Source: a virus | Lineage: Duplodnaviria > Caudoviricetes | Length of the DNA stretch: 64,000 nt | Virus record (IMG/VR): IMGVR_UViG_3300037692_000137 | Location: 64,001 to 128,000 of that record | Reading direction: 5' to 3' (one strand) | Shown here: piece by piece, positions 1 to 8,111 of the stretch | Layout: every line of letters begins with the position of its first letter | Numbering within the stretch: the stretch's first letter is position 1 | Translations under genes and position numbers: made by a program | The notes under the pieces: generated by a model | What the model was told of the DNA's origin: nothing | What the model saw: only the letters and a program-made list of their open reading frames with translations | Databases searched by the model: none

Positions 1-442
1 TATGGCGTTCATTTTCATTTCCGTATACTGGTCCTTGTGGTTTAACCTTCTCCGGTAATACTACTATGCCTAGAATATTACGCTTAAGTTTTATCTGTTC
101 AAGTAGTGCTTTGCCATCTTCAAGCGTGAAGTGCTCTAGAACTGCAGTACATAGTATTAAATCATAATTACCTAGTGTTGGAAGAACTTTCGACGCATCA
201 CCAACATAAATACTATCATAAATCGCATATTGTATCTGGGTTAAATACTTATCAAAAACTTCTATACCATCTATACGTGTTGTCCAATTCCCGAATAGTC
301 TACCGCTCCAAATGTCAGTATACTCTCGAGCCAAGAATCCGTTCTTGCCGAAGCCCACTCCTATATCTAGAACAGATTTTGGTTGTAGTTGTAGTATAGT
401 ATCACATATATAGTTTAATGTTATAGGGCGTGATGTTGGCAT
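1..442 (-). CDS. Class I SAM-dependent methyltransferase, runs off the window start (not in ORF track)
   Basis: Manual translation from ATG at 442: MPTSRPITLNYICDTILQLQPKSVLDIGVGFGKNG...IDGIEVF...YDLILCTAVLEHF; SAM-binding motif I (LDIGVGFG) and no stop codon down to base 1. Confidence 0.85.
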   Translation of the reverse strand, partial: MPTSRPITLNYICDTILQLQPKSVLDIGVGFGKNGFLAREYTDIWSGRLFGNWTTRIDGIEVFDKYLTQIQYAIYDSIYVGDASKVLPTLGNYDLILCTAVLEHFTLEDGKALLEQIKLKRNILGIVVLPEKVKPQGPVYGNENERH

Positions 443-443
443 G

Positions 444-1088
444 TTATGCTCCTCTATTTTCATTTATATTTATATTAATAACTCTGGTAGCTAGGGGTAT
501 ATCTAAAAAGGCTAGTAAGCTCGATTGAACTTCTTTATCATTTAGTACCTCCTCAGTATTAAATAGTACAAAATTATCTTTAAATGCCATAGCATATTCT
601 TCCGCTAAATTATAGTAGTCATCCCAGTAGTGTGCTATCGCATCTACTTTAGGTAAATTATATTTAGGGTAGCAATTATCGTATACGGAGTCAAGACGCC
701 ATAAGTTACTATCCCAATAAGTGCTGCTTTTATCAGTCCAATGGTTGCGCTCTTTTAGTCCAGTCTTAAAGTTAGCAGCAGTCTTTTTAATGTAACTAGC
801 AACCGTGTCTTTTTTAGTTCGTTTAAGACAAATAAATTTTGAATTGGGGTATTTGTCTAGTATGTATATAACATATGGTAGATGCCAAAAAGATACGTCG
901 CATGCAAAAGAACCGTTGGTCCTATTTTGCATAGATGTAATAGTCCTGTCTATATGGTTTTTACTGAACTGCCATGGGGTTATGACTAATTCATGTGTTG
1001 AAGTAAACCCATTCTGTAAACCTAGTAGTTCTTTAAGAGACACGGTACCACATCGGCCAGTACCAAGACCAAAAATAAGCTGCTTCAT
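444..1088 (-). CDS. Sulfotransferase-family protein (PAPS-binding P-loop fold)
   Basis: N-terminal IFGLGTGRCGTVSL resembles the 5'-PSB loop (GxxRSGT); FICLKRTKKDTVASY resembles the 3'-PB motif (LxRxxxDxxxS). Confidence 0.7.
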   Translation of the reverse strand: MKQLIFGLGTGRCGTVSLKELLGLQNGFTSTHELVITPWQFSKNHIDRTITSMQNRTNGSFACDVSFWHLPYVIYILDKYPNSKFICLKRTKKDTVASYIKKTAANFKTGLKERNHWTDKSSTYWDSNLWRLDSVYDNCYPKYNLPKVDAIAHYWDDYYNLAEEYAMAFKDNFVLFNTEEVLNDKEVQSSLLAFLDIPLATRVINININENRGA

Positions 1089-1861
1089 TATAATACCTCA
1101 TAATACTTTTTATATTTTTCAACAATACCGGCTGTTAGTACACGCTGTGTCCAGCCCCTATGTGGTGCCTCAGCTAAAGCATCCATAGTAACACCTAAAT
1201 CAATTAGACTTTTATTTCGAATGTCATGATCTTTCCAAAGGCGCTTAGCTAGTACACGTGTGGCCAGCCCTATTACAGGAAGTATTATATCACAATACTG
1301 TAATTTGTCAAGTATTTCCTCCATTTTATGATCTAAGGTGTAATAAGCATTCTCCACACCAGGAAAAGAAACAGTATGTGTAACGTTAAACATCTTCTCT
1401 ATAAGTTTATTATTACATAAAGGATCACCAGCTATCAGTAATACCTTTCTACCATAAAAAAAGCTATCAATAAATTTTACAAACCATTCTAGCTTATGCT
1501 CAAAAGCATACTGAAATATCAATGCGTGGTACCCCTCATCTGGATTGCCACGTAGTAATTTCCAAACATGTTTAAGTTGCCCATCTAAAAGCTGTTGTTG
1601 CACTCGTCTTTTTAGCCAAAAGTAGCTGCCACTACCATCCTCGAAAGAGCCTGCAGTACTAGACACGACATAGTTTAGATCAAATATTGTTAAAGACTCT
1701 CTTAGTTCTTGTCTTAGTTTAACACTATTTCTATGCCTTTGTTCATTAGGTGCCCCTTGTATAAGAGTTAAATCTCCATCACCGAATCTTATAAAGTAAA
1801 AAGGTGTGCCTTCATTTACCAATGTATCTAAATAATTACTTGTTTGTTCAATAGTTTTCAA
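1088..1861 (-). CDS. GT-D fold (DUF1792-like) glycosyltransferase
   Basis: FYFIRFGDGDL matches the RFGDGE signature; later KVLLIAG and LIDLGVTMDAL segments fit the family; located in a glycosyltransferase cluster. Confidence 0.65.
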   Translation of the reverse strand: MKTIEQTSNYLDTLVNEGTPFYFIRFGDGDLTLIQGAPNEQRHRNSVKLRQELRESLTIFDLNYVVSSTAGSFEDGSGSYFWLKRRVQQQLLDGQLKHVWKLLRGNPDEGYHALIFQYAFEHKLEWFVKFIDSFFYGRKVLLIAGDPLCNNKLIEKMFNVTHTVSFPGVENAYYTLDHKMEEILDKLQYCDIILPVIGLATRVLAKRLWKDHDIRNKSLIDLGVTMDALAEAPHRGWTQRVLTAGIVEKYKKYYEVL

Positions 1862-1873
1862 TTCAACTTCTCC

Positions 1874-2764
1874 TTATATTAAGGTGAGTTCTCCAGACCA
1901 GTTGTCTAATTGTAGTGCAAAATCTACATAGTCTTTATAGTGCGGATCTAATCTCATCATTTTAGTTGCGTTTAATGCAACCTCCCTTAAAGCCTCAACA
2001 CGATCCATAAATAGTTCCTGTTTAAACGGTAATTTACCGATCCTGTTTTGACCATAAAAGCCTATGTGTATTTGCCTATCACATGCCGGAGAATAAGACC
2101 TCAACCCTTCTTCAATAAAAGCTGTATCAATTAACCTATTAACAAGCCCGTCCCAACCAATATGTTGAAATAAATTTTTACGCTCTGGTCTATATTTAGA
2201 TCTTTTATCATTCCCATTGCGCTTATTAATAAGATGGATAATAGCTTCTCTATTAGCATAGTAATCATATGTGGCATAAGGTCTTACATATTTAGTAAAA
2301 AAATAGTTATCCATTAAGCAGGCAGGTGCTTCGAATAGATTTGTGGCTTGTATAGCATTTATATTGGTATTAGGCACTAATCTACGACTGGCATTAATAA
2401 CAGAAAAGTTACTATCCTTTAATAAGCTTAATGCTGTAGCCATATATGTAAAGTAGGTCTCATGTAGTAAACAATCATCCTCTATATTTAATACATAATC
2501 AGCCCCTTCAAAAAATACCTGCTTAAAACCCTCTAAAATGTTGCCCCAACCAAAATGTCTGAATGGTCTCATGACAATTGTTTTTTCAAAAGGGTAATAA
2601 TCGTTTATTAGCTCAACACATTTAGGATCAGCATTAAACTCTAATGCAAACAACGTACTATAGTTATCAGTATTTAGTCTTTTCCGCGACTTTATTTCGT
2701 ACTCCATAGACAGGTAAAGCATCTCTGGTCTATTATACACAGCTCTTAATATACGACCGTTCAT
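1874..2764 (-). CDS. GT-A fold glycosyltransferase-like protein
   Basis: N-terminal AVYNRPEML, NILEG segment, VLNIEDDC (DxD-like metal-binding motif), late HIGFYG. Confidence 0.6.
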   Translation of the reverse strand: MNGRILRAVYNRPEMLYLSMEYEIKSRKRLNTDNYSTLFALEFNADPKCVELINDYYPFEKTIVMRPFRHFGWGNILEGFKQVFFEGADYVLNIEDDCLLHETYFTYMATALSLLKDSNFSVINASRRLVPNTNINAIQATNLFEAPACLMDNYFFTKYVRPYATYDYYANREAIIHLINKRNGNDKRSKYRPERKNLFQHIGWDGLVNRLIDTAFIEEGLRSYSPACDRQIHIGFYGQNRIGKLPFKQELFMDRVEALREVALNATKMMRLDPHYKDYVDFALQLDNWSGELTLI

Positions 2765-2779
2765 TTATATACCCTCCCC

Positions 2780-3262
2780 TCATCTCTTATATACTTCCAA
2801 TACAAAGTTGGACCCCTCAAATTTGTGAGCTGTTGGTATTAAATTGGCCTCGGTACATAAAGCAGAAAGCCATTTGACATCAAACATAACAAAGTGAAAG
2901 TTACCTGGGTAATCTTGTCCACCAAACATATGATAAGATACAAACTTAGCATCACCTGTTTGTCTATAATATTCCACAGCCCATTGCATATTTGGTGTAC
3001 GAATTTCCATTATACCACCATGCTTTAATAGCCTGGCCCATTCTTTAAGTAGACCAATAGTTTTGCTTATTGGGAAATGTTCTATTATGTCGCTCGCAAG
3101 TATATAATCAAACCGCTCATTGGGCAGGTCTACTGCCTCAACATTACCTACTATATCAACACCTTCTAAGGGGCGTATATCTAAGTTTACACACGTATAC
3201 CCTTTGGGGTATTCTTTGTATATGCGGTTGCCACAACCAATGTTTAAAGTTTTTTTAGTCAT
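2780..3262 (-). CDS. Class I SAM-dependent methyltransferase (Methyltransf_11-like)
   Basis: LNIGCG motif I, VNLDI, FDYILASDIIEHF, LLKHGG. Confidence 0.85.
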   Translation of the reverse strand: MTKKTLNIGCGNRIYKEYPKGYTCVNLDIRPLEGVDIVGNVEAVDLPNERFDYILASDIIEHFPISKTIGLLKEWARLLKHGGIMEIRTPNMQWAVEYYRQTGDAKFVSYHMFGGQDYPGNFHFVMFDVKWLSALCTEANLIPTAHKFEGSNFVLEVYKR

Positions 3263-3268
3263 AATATA

Positions 3269-4393
3269 TTATTTTAATTCAAGTTCTTTAAGTAATTTTG
3301 TACCAATGACGGTTAAAGAAAAATTAGTATTTATATACTGCTTTAATCTTTGCCCTGTTGTTTTGGCGGCCTCTTTATTATCATAAACAAACTTCATTAA
3401 GTCAGCGCCATTTTTTACATCAGGCTCTGCCCAAAGTTGATCACCTCTATACCATGGACTCCATGGCATACCGTAAACAGGTGTTAGTGTGTAATTTACT
3501 AAATAGCTATTATCTTGTTTGGCATATTCTGTCACGCCGCCAAATCCTGTGATTACTACTGGATTACCGAAAGCACCAGCCATAAAAGGACCTATGCCAA
3601 AACCTTCTCCTCTATCTAATGAAACGTAGCAATCACCTCTTTCATGTAACCCATTAATTTCATCCTCGGTTAGCATGTCTGGTAGTAAATAAATGGGTGG
3701 GTATTTGTCCATAGGTGTCACAGCTTTTAGTTTTCTTATGGTAATTCTTATGGCTTCTTTTTCTTCCTCGCTGTAATCACTACGATAAGTTTTTAGTACA
3801 AGAGCCACGTCTTCATTATTCTGAAATGCATGCCAGTAAGCTTTTATAAGAGCGGTGGGGTGTTTTCTTTCAGTAAATTGAAATATACTATAAAACATGT
3901 ACGTATCCTTAGATACACCGCTTATGTCATAAGGAACTGCTGTCTCTACGTAACTTAAGTCCATACAATGTGGCACCACCCCTATAGGAATAGTAACACC
4001 ACTACGTTTAAATACCTCTTTATTCCACTCACAACCAACCAAAACTTTATCTACGTTATTATTTATATACATTTTCCAATCTGGGTGTAGTAAATCGGTC
4101 TCCCATATAGTGTAGCCAATGTTCTTCTTTCCCTTTTCCCTGTATCTAGACCAGAATTCCGGTGTTGTATGTATGATCACTGTATCATAGTCCACCTTAG
4201 TATCCATTAACTTTGTTAAAAGGACTCCATCAGCACCTAAGTCTGGTTTTGCTTTTTCAAATGAAATAGGATCTAATGTTATGGGCACACCAAGTGAATG
4301 GAGTGCCAGAATATTACCACGACAGGCTTTTGCATAACCTGAATTGTCTAGAATTGGCCCTATATATTTTATACCTTTAATAGTCATTTCCAT
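3269..4393 (-). CDS. GT-B fold (GT4-like) glycosyltransferase
   Basis: SGYAKA N-terminal loop, YTIWET, ERKHP, DCYVSLDRGEGFGIG...GNPVVITGFGG donor-binding motif. Confidence 0.85.
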   Translation of the reverse strand: MEMTIKGIKYIGPILDNSGYAKACRGNILALHSLGVPITLDPISFEKAKPDLGADGVLLTKLMDTKVDYDTVIIHTTPEFWSRYREKGKKNIGYTIWETDLLHPDWKMYINNNVDKVLVGCEWNKEVFKRSGVTIPIGVVPHCMDLSYVETAVPYDISGVSKDTYMFYSIFQFTERKHPTALIKAYWHAFQNNEDVALVLKTYRSDYSEEEKEAIRITIRKLKAVTPMDKYPPIYLLPDMLTEDEINGLHERGDCYVSLDRGEGFGIGPFMAGAFGNPVVITGFGGVTEYAKQDNSYLVNYTLTPVYGMPWSPWYRGDQLWAEPDVKNGADLMKFVYDNKEAAKTTGQRLKQYINTNFSLTVIGTKLLKELELK

Positions 4394-4400
4394 ACCTTAT

Positions 4401-4427
4401 AGAAAGTGCCTAATCCTGGTAGGCACT
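4401..4427 (-). terminator. Possible intrinsic terminator or regulatory hairpin
   Basis: Minus strand AGTGCCTA-CCAGGAT-TAGGCACT followed by TTCT; perfect 8-bp stem in an intergenic gap. Confidence 0.45.
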
Positions 4428-4466
4428 ATTAAATATAATATGATTCCAGGAAACCTGCTTTTATAC

Positions 4467-4730
4467 TTACATTTGTGGGCCAGAGGGCATAGGACCACTG
4501 GCACTATCAGCGCTAATATCAAAAGTTACTACCTCAGCTTCTACCATAACCAAACGACTCTCATCCAGCCAGGTCCAATCAGGGATGTCACCATTCTCAT
4601 TTACTCTCTTTGGTTGCAATCCGTAGTGGATGCACCCAGTAGAATAGAAAGCCACCACCATTACAACACCCTCTAAACCTGTTATTTTATCTTTTAATAA
4701 ATCGCCGTTAGTAAACTTAGCTTCTCGCAT
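4467..4730 (-). CDS. Hypothetical phage protein (SH3-like beta barrel possible)
   Basis: 87 aa ORF with GGAG RBS; GDLLKDKITGLEGVV...WLDESRL pattern typical of small phage beta-barrel proteins. Confidence 0.6.
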   Translation of the reverse strand: MREAKFTNGDLLKDKITGLEGVVMVVAFYSTGCIHYGLQPKRVNENGDIPDWTWLDESRLVMVEAEVVTFDISADSASGPMPSGPQM

Positions 4731-4784
4731 AATAATGCTCCTGTAAATCTAATTGTTAATGTTTTACGTACAACTCTGATTATT

Positions 4785-5060
4785 TTACTTCAGTGTGTCC
4801 TCTTTTATATCATCTTTCCAAAGATGATAAGTAAGGGGTGTCCTATTTTCTCGGGCGGAATAATGACTATACTCATCTTTGGTGTCCTTTATGAATTGTA
4901 AATACGCGTGATATTTACAACAAGCAAAACATCTATATTCAGCTTCTAAAATTGTCCATGCGCCTATTGATGTTAAGTAGAAAACAACATATGGGCGTAC
5001 AAAGTATACCTTAGTTTTAGTAAAAAACCTATTAAATAATTTAATTATTTTATCAAACAT
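4785..5060 (-). CDS. Hypothetical protein
   Basis: 91 aa ORF co-oriented with neighbours, GGGGG RBS-like run upstream. Confidence 0.55.
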   Translation of the reverse strand: MFDKIIKLFNRFFTKTKVYFVRPYVVFYLTSIGAWTILEAEYRCFACCKYHAYLQFIKDTKDEYSHYSARENRTPLTYHLWKDDIKEDTLK

Positions 5061-5091
5061 AATACCCCCATTTAAATACTGCTATAATATA

Positions 5092-5373
5092 TTATAGTGC
5101 TAAGCGGACGGTGGTTATATCTAACAAAATTTCACCATCGGAACCGCTGGTTTTTAATGCTTCACCAGTAACTTTGTATATTATAGCAAAATAATCGCAT
5201 AAAGTCAATACCTCTTTTGATACAGATAATCCAATCTCCGCTTCACCTGTTAAATGATTTATAGAGAGCTTTATATTACCTGAGGCTATTATGTTTGGCT
5301 CGTGGGGATTATTAGTTCCACGATAGTATATTTCAAACATTGCATACCTCGCTGGCTTAATAAATGCAATCAC
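5092..5373 (-). CDS. Hypothetical protein
   Basis: 93 aa ORF (GTG start; an internal ATG with GAGGT RBS may be the real start). Confidence 0.5.
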   Translation of the reverse strand: MIAFIKPARYAMFEIYYRGTNNPHEPNIIASGNIKLSINHLTGEAEIGLSVSKEVLTLCDYFAIIYKVTGEALKTSGSDGEILLDITTVRLAL

Positions 5374-5533
5374 AACTCATATAAGTATAACTATGTCTTT
5401 TAATAGTAGACTTAGGCTTAGGACGATCATAGATACGTTCTTTCCAATGATCCTCGTCGCCACAAACAGGACAGAGTGCGTGATGAAATAAATACCAATA
5501 GTGTTTATTTTGTTTTATTTTAGTAGCGTTCAT
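5357..5533 (-). CDS. Small Cys/His-containing hypothetical protein (58 aa, not in ORF track)
   Basis: GAGGT RBS then MNATKIKQNKHYWYLFHHALCPVCGDEDHWKERIYDRPKPKSTIKRHSYTYMSCDCIY*; fills the gap directly after thyX. Confidence 0.65.
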   Translation of the reverse strand: MNATKIKQNKHYWYLFHHALCPVCGDEDHWKERIYDRPKPKSTIKRHSYTYMSCDCIY

Positions 5534-6322
5534 CTAAATTACCTCTTTTTGCGTCTCTTTCCACAAGCCGTAGCCAGCAAGAACTTCATCCTTCGTTGGA
5601 TATTTACCACAACTACGTAGTTTATTCTCAGAGCAGTAACCCGCTTGTTGGCATTTTGGCCCAACATTTTTAAAAACTACGGGTAAAGCCTCTTTACATA
5701 GGGCCAGCATCTCATTAGCCACGATACGAATTTCCCATTGTGATAATGTACAACAACGCAGGCCAAAGAAGTGTATTAAACTAACACAATTTTTTGTAGT
5801 TACAAGTCTAGTAATAGCAGCATTGGGCATAAGGTAACGAGCGTCCTCGCTCTTAATATGCAACCCTTTAAGCTTATTATACGCTTGTTGTATATACTCT
5901 AATGTATCAACATAAATCTGTTTAGCTTCTTCATTTTTAGCTATAGAAGGTGGAATTACAAAATTATTGATATCAAACTCCCCATCATTAGCCACATACC
6001 TTTGGGACTGCTGGGAATAGCTAGCCATGCGGTGACGTACATGTTGATGGCTATCAGCACGTGATATACCATCAATAGCAAATGTAAATTTCACATGTTC
6101 GAGAACACTTGTGTGTCCTGATTTAAATAGATGGTTTATTAAACCCTCTATTTCTTTATCTGTACATAAGTGGCCGTCTTTATTATCAGTGATTGATACG
6201 AAGCCTTCCTCATCTTCTTGCCAGGAATCCCCAACCCAGCCCTCAGAATAGCACTGTCGGCCGGCAGCAAATAATAGTTTTTCAGCATTAGCGGAAACAT
6301 CCAGTAATTTAATTCTTAGCAT
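5534..6322 (-). CDS. thyX: FAD-dependent thymidylate synthase
   Basis: GHTSVLEH, RHRMASYSQQSQRY (RHRx7SxR ThyX signature), ARYLMPNA, LRCC...QWEIR; start re-assigned to ATG at 6322 with GAGGT RBS. Confidence 0.95.
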   Translation of the reverse strand: MLRIKLLDVSANAEKLLFAAGRQCYSEGWVGDSWQEDEEGFVSITDNKDGHLCTDKEIEGLINHLFKSGHTSVLEHVKFTFAIDGISRADSHQHVRHRMASYSQQSQRYVANDGEFDINNFVIPPSIAKNEEAKQIYVDTLEYIQQAYNKLKGLHIKSEDARYLMPNAAITRLVTTKNCVSLIHFFGLRCCTLSQWEIRIVANEMLALCKEALPVVFKNVGPKCQQAGYCSENKLRSCGKYPTKDEVLAGYGLWKETQKEVI

Positions 6323-6332
6323 ATTGTAACCT

Positions 6333-6497
6333 CTAGCCACCAAAACCACAGAATGGGCAAAATTTTAAACTTTTAGAATATAATCTTTTACAAAGATCGC
6401 ACGCGTACTCAGCATCGGTATTACTATAGGCCTTTTCAGTTTCTTTTTTATCAATTTGTGTTTGTTTTTGTTCCAATTTAATAGTAACCTCTTCCAT
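6333..6497 (-). CDS. Small zinc-ribbon protein (54 aa, not in ORF track)
   Basis: GGGAG RBS then MEEVTIKLEQKQTQIDKKETEKAYSNTDAEYACDLCKRLYSKSLKFCPFCGFGG*; two CxxC pairs. Confidence 0.7.
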   Translation of the reverse strand: MEEVTIKLEQKQTQIDKKETEKAYSNTDAEYACDLCKRLYSKSLKFCPFCGFGG

Positions 6498-6521
6498 TTT
6501 AGTACTCCCACAATTATCTGC

Positions 6522-6547
6522 TAAAGAGGGGCTTACACCCCTCTTTA
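6522..6547 (-). terminator. Perfect 10-bp hairpin just after the glycosyltransferase stop (terminator or processing/stability element)
   Basis: TAAAGAGGGG-TGTAAG-CCCCTCTTTA; only a short U run inside the stem. Confidence 0.5.
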
Positions 6548-6551
6548 AGAG

Positions 6552-8102
6552 TTAAAACGTCTCTGCCTTTATAACATTACTAGTTTGTTGTGCTGCTACT
6601 TCAACTGTCTTAATTTTTTGTGAAACTATAGACTTAGATAAAGCATCAAAAGTTTTAACCCAAATATTACCAACCGCTGTTTGCCAATCTAAGGTGCCTG
6701 TAACAAATTTATACGCCTGTTCCGCCTTAGTCGTTGCCTCTTCATAATTATTATACACATGTAGCATCTTGTCGGTTAGATCTTCTACATCGACTAGCGG
6801 GCGTCTTACCTCGTTGTCATAAGGAAGTACTGTCCATAGGCTGGGGTTAGTACCACTTTTTACAAGGTAGCCCACATCCTCAGTAATATTTTCTATCATT
6901 GCGGTGTTTCTAGGCATAATAACGGGTGTTCTAGTGGCCATGGCCTCTATCCAGGAAAGCCCCCAACCCTCACCAAGGCTAGCACTAATTACGCAGTCAA
7001 CACAATTATATAACATATTAACTATCTCTCTCGGATAGCCTTGGTTAGGTCCAAAGTTCTGAGGAAATATTATGTCCTCTGATAGACTAAAATCGTATGC
7101 TCTGCAAACCTCTGGTAGATTCCAACCTTGATCTTGTTTAGCCATATGTAAATACAGTAAAGTGTTTGGTTCCTTTTTACGTAACTCATAAAATGCTTGA
7201 ATAGTTCTAGGAATATCTTTACGTTGCTGATTTCTATTTAAATTCATGTAGATAAACTTATCTGAGTGACGGCCAAAATAGCGTTTTCTAAAATCAATTA
7301 CTTCCTCACTAGGCAGCGGTTTAAACTCACTAGTATTAACCCCATGAGGGATTACAGACATGTTGCCAACAATTGGATATACTTCTTGGCATAGCTTTCT
7401 TCCAAAATTAGCATAGGTAACTACCTCATCACAAAAACTAATGTTCTTTACCCATTCTGGTTTTGGTGTGCCGTCAATAGGAAAGTATACTATAGACTTA
7501 AAAGGTGTCTCCCTGTTCTTTTTAAGATGTGGTATTAGCTCAGGTAAAAAGTCTAATATGAAACTATCCTGCATAAAAAACAATATATCAAAATCCATTT
7601 TGGGAATCATGTTGACAATCTTTTTACGGCCGTACGGATCTCTTTCCGCATTATTACCAACGGGCCAAATCCTATACGGAAAATTATGAGGATCGCCCCA
7701 GTAGTTTATACCCAGTACTTCAATGTCATACCTGCCAGTTCTGTGTAGTGCCTCTAAAACATTACGACTAACGGTACCAAAACCTGTTGCCAAATATCTT
7801 CGCATAAGAACGTTACTTCTTATACCGCTCTATTAGAGCTGCTGCATGTTTCCATGCAAGTTGAGACTATATCATCGACCACTTGGGCCGCCACGCGCTT
7901 CCACTCACTTGAGTGTACTTCCTTTCGGAATAGTCGTTGTACCTTCCTCTATAAAGAGGCTTGGCTCAGGATTGTCCTCGACTTGACGTTAGGAGTTTCC
8001 CTGAATTCACGTAGTTATTCGATACACATTGCTGTGTAAAGCTGCACATTATTTACAGGTAGGTGTATCCATGTAACATAAAATTTTAGTCTTTCTTTCC
8101 AT
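6552..8102 (-). CDS. GT-B fold (GT4-like) glycosyltransferase, spliced: exon 1 8102-8055, exon 2 7790-6552 (428 aa)
   Basis: AAGGAG RBS and exon 1 MERKTKILCYMDTPTC join in frame to exon 2 ATGFGTVSRNV...; exon 2 has NRNQQRKD and SASLGEGWGLSWIEAMA GT4-type motifs. Confidence 0.88.
7791..8054 (-). ncRNA. Group I self-splicing intron (IA-type, P7.1/P7.2 present), 264 nt, no internal ORF
   Basis: 5' exon ends in U and intron ends in G. P AATTCAGGGAAAC (8007-7995), Q AATCCTGAGC (7973-7964), R GTACAACGACTA (7942-7931), S GATATAGTC (7873-7865). P7 GACTA/TAGTC; P3 CTACGTG/CGCGTGG; P1 CUGU/GCAG with U-G at the splice site; P2, P7.1 and P9 close GNRA tetraloops. Confidence 0.93.
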
Positions 8103-8111
8103 AAAATCTCC

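Noticed and set aside
175-399. 74 aa plus-strand ORF and the other plus-strand ORFs in the track (for example 13916-14398, 59103-59807, 60813-61784)
   Set aside because: Shadow ORFs antisense to well-supported minus-strand genes; low-complexity S/L/F-rich translations
6323-6349. GTG start extension of thyX (MVLVARGYN)
   Set aside because: It overlaps the end of the 54 aa zinc-ribbon ORF; the ATG at 6322 has a well-spaced GAGGT RBS
6552-7805. ORF-track start MRRYL for the glycosyltransferase
   Set aside because: The ATG lies inside intron stem P9.2 with no Shine-Dalgarno; the spliced N-terminus with a strong RBS restores the expected beta-strand and DxPTCATGFG loop
7854-8039. 61 aa plus-strand ORF
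   Set aside because: It is the antisense of the group I intron core; no RBS or protein features
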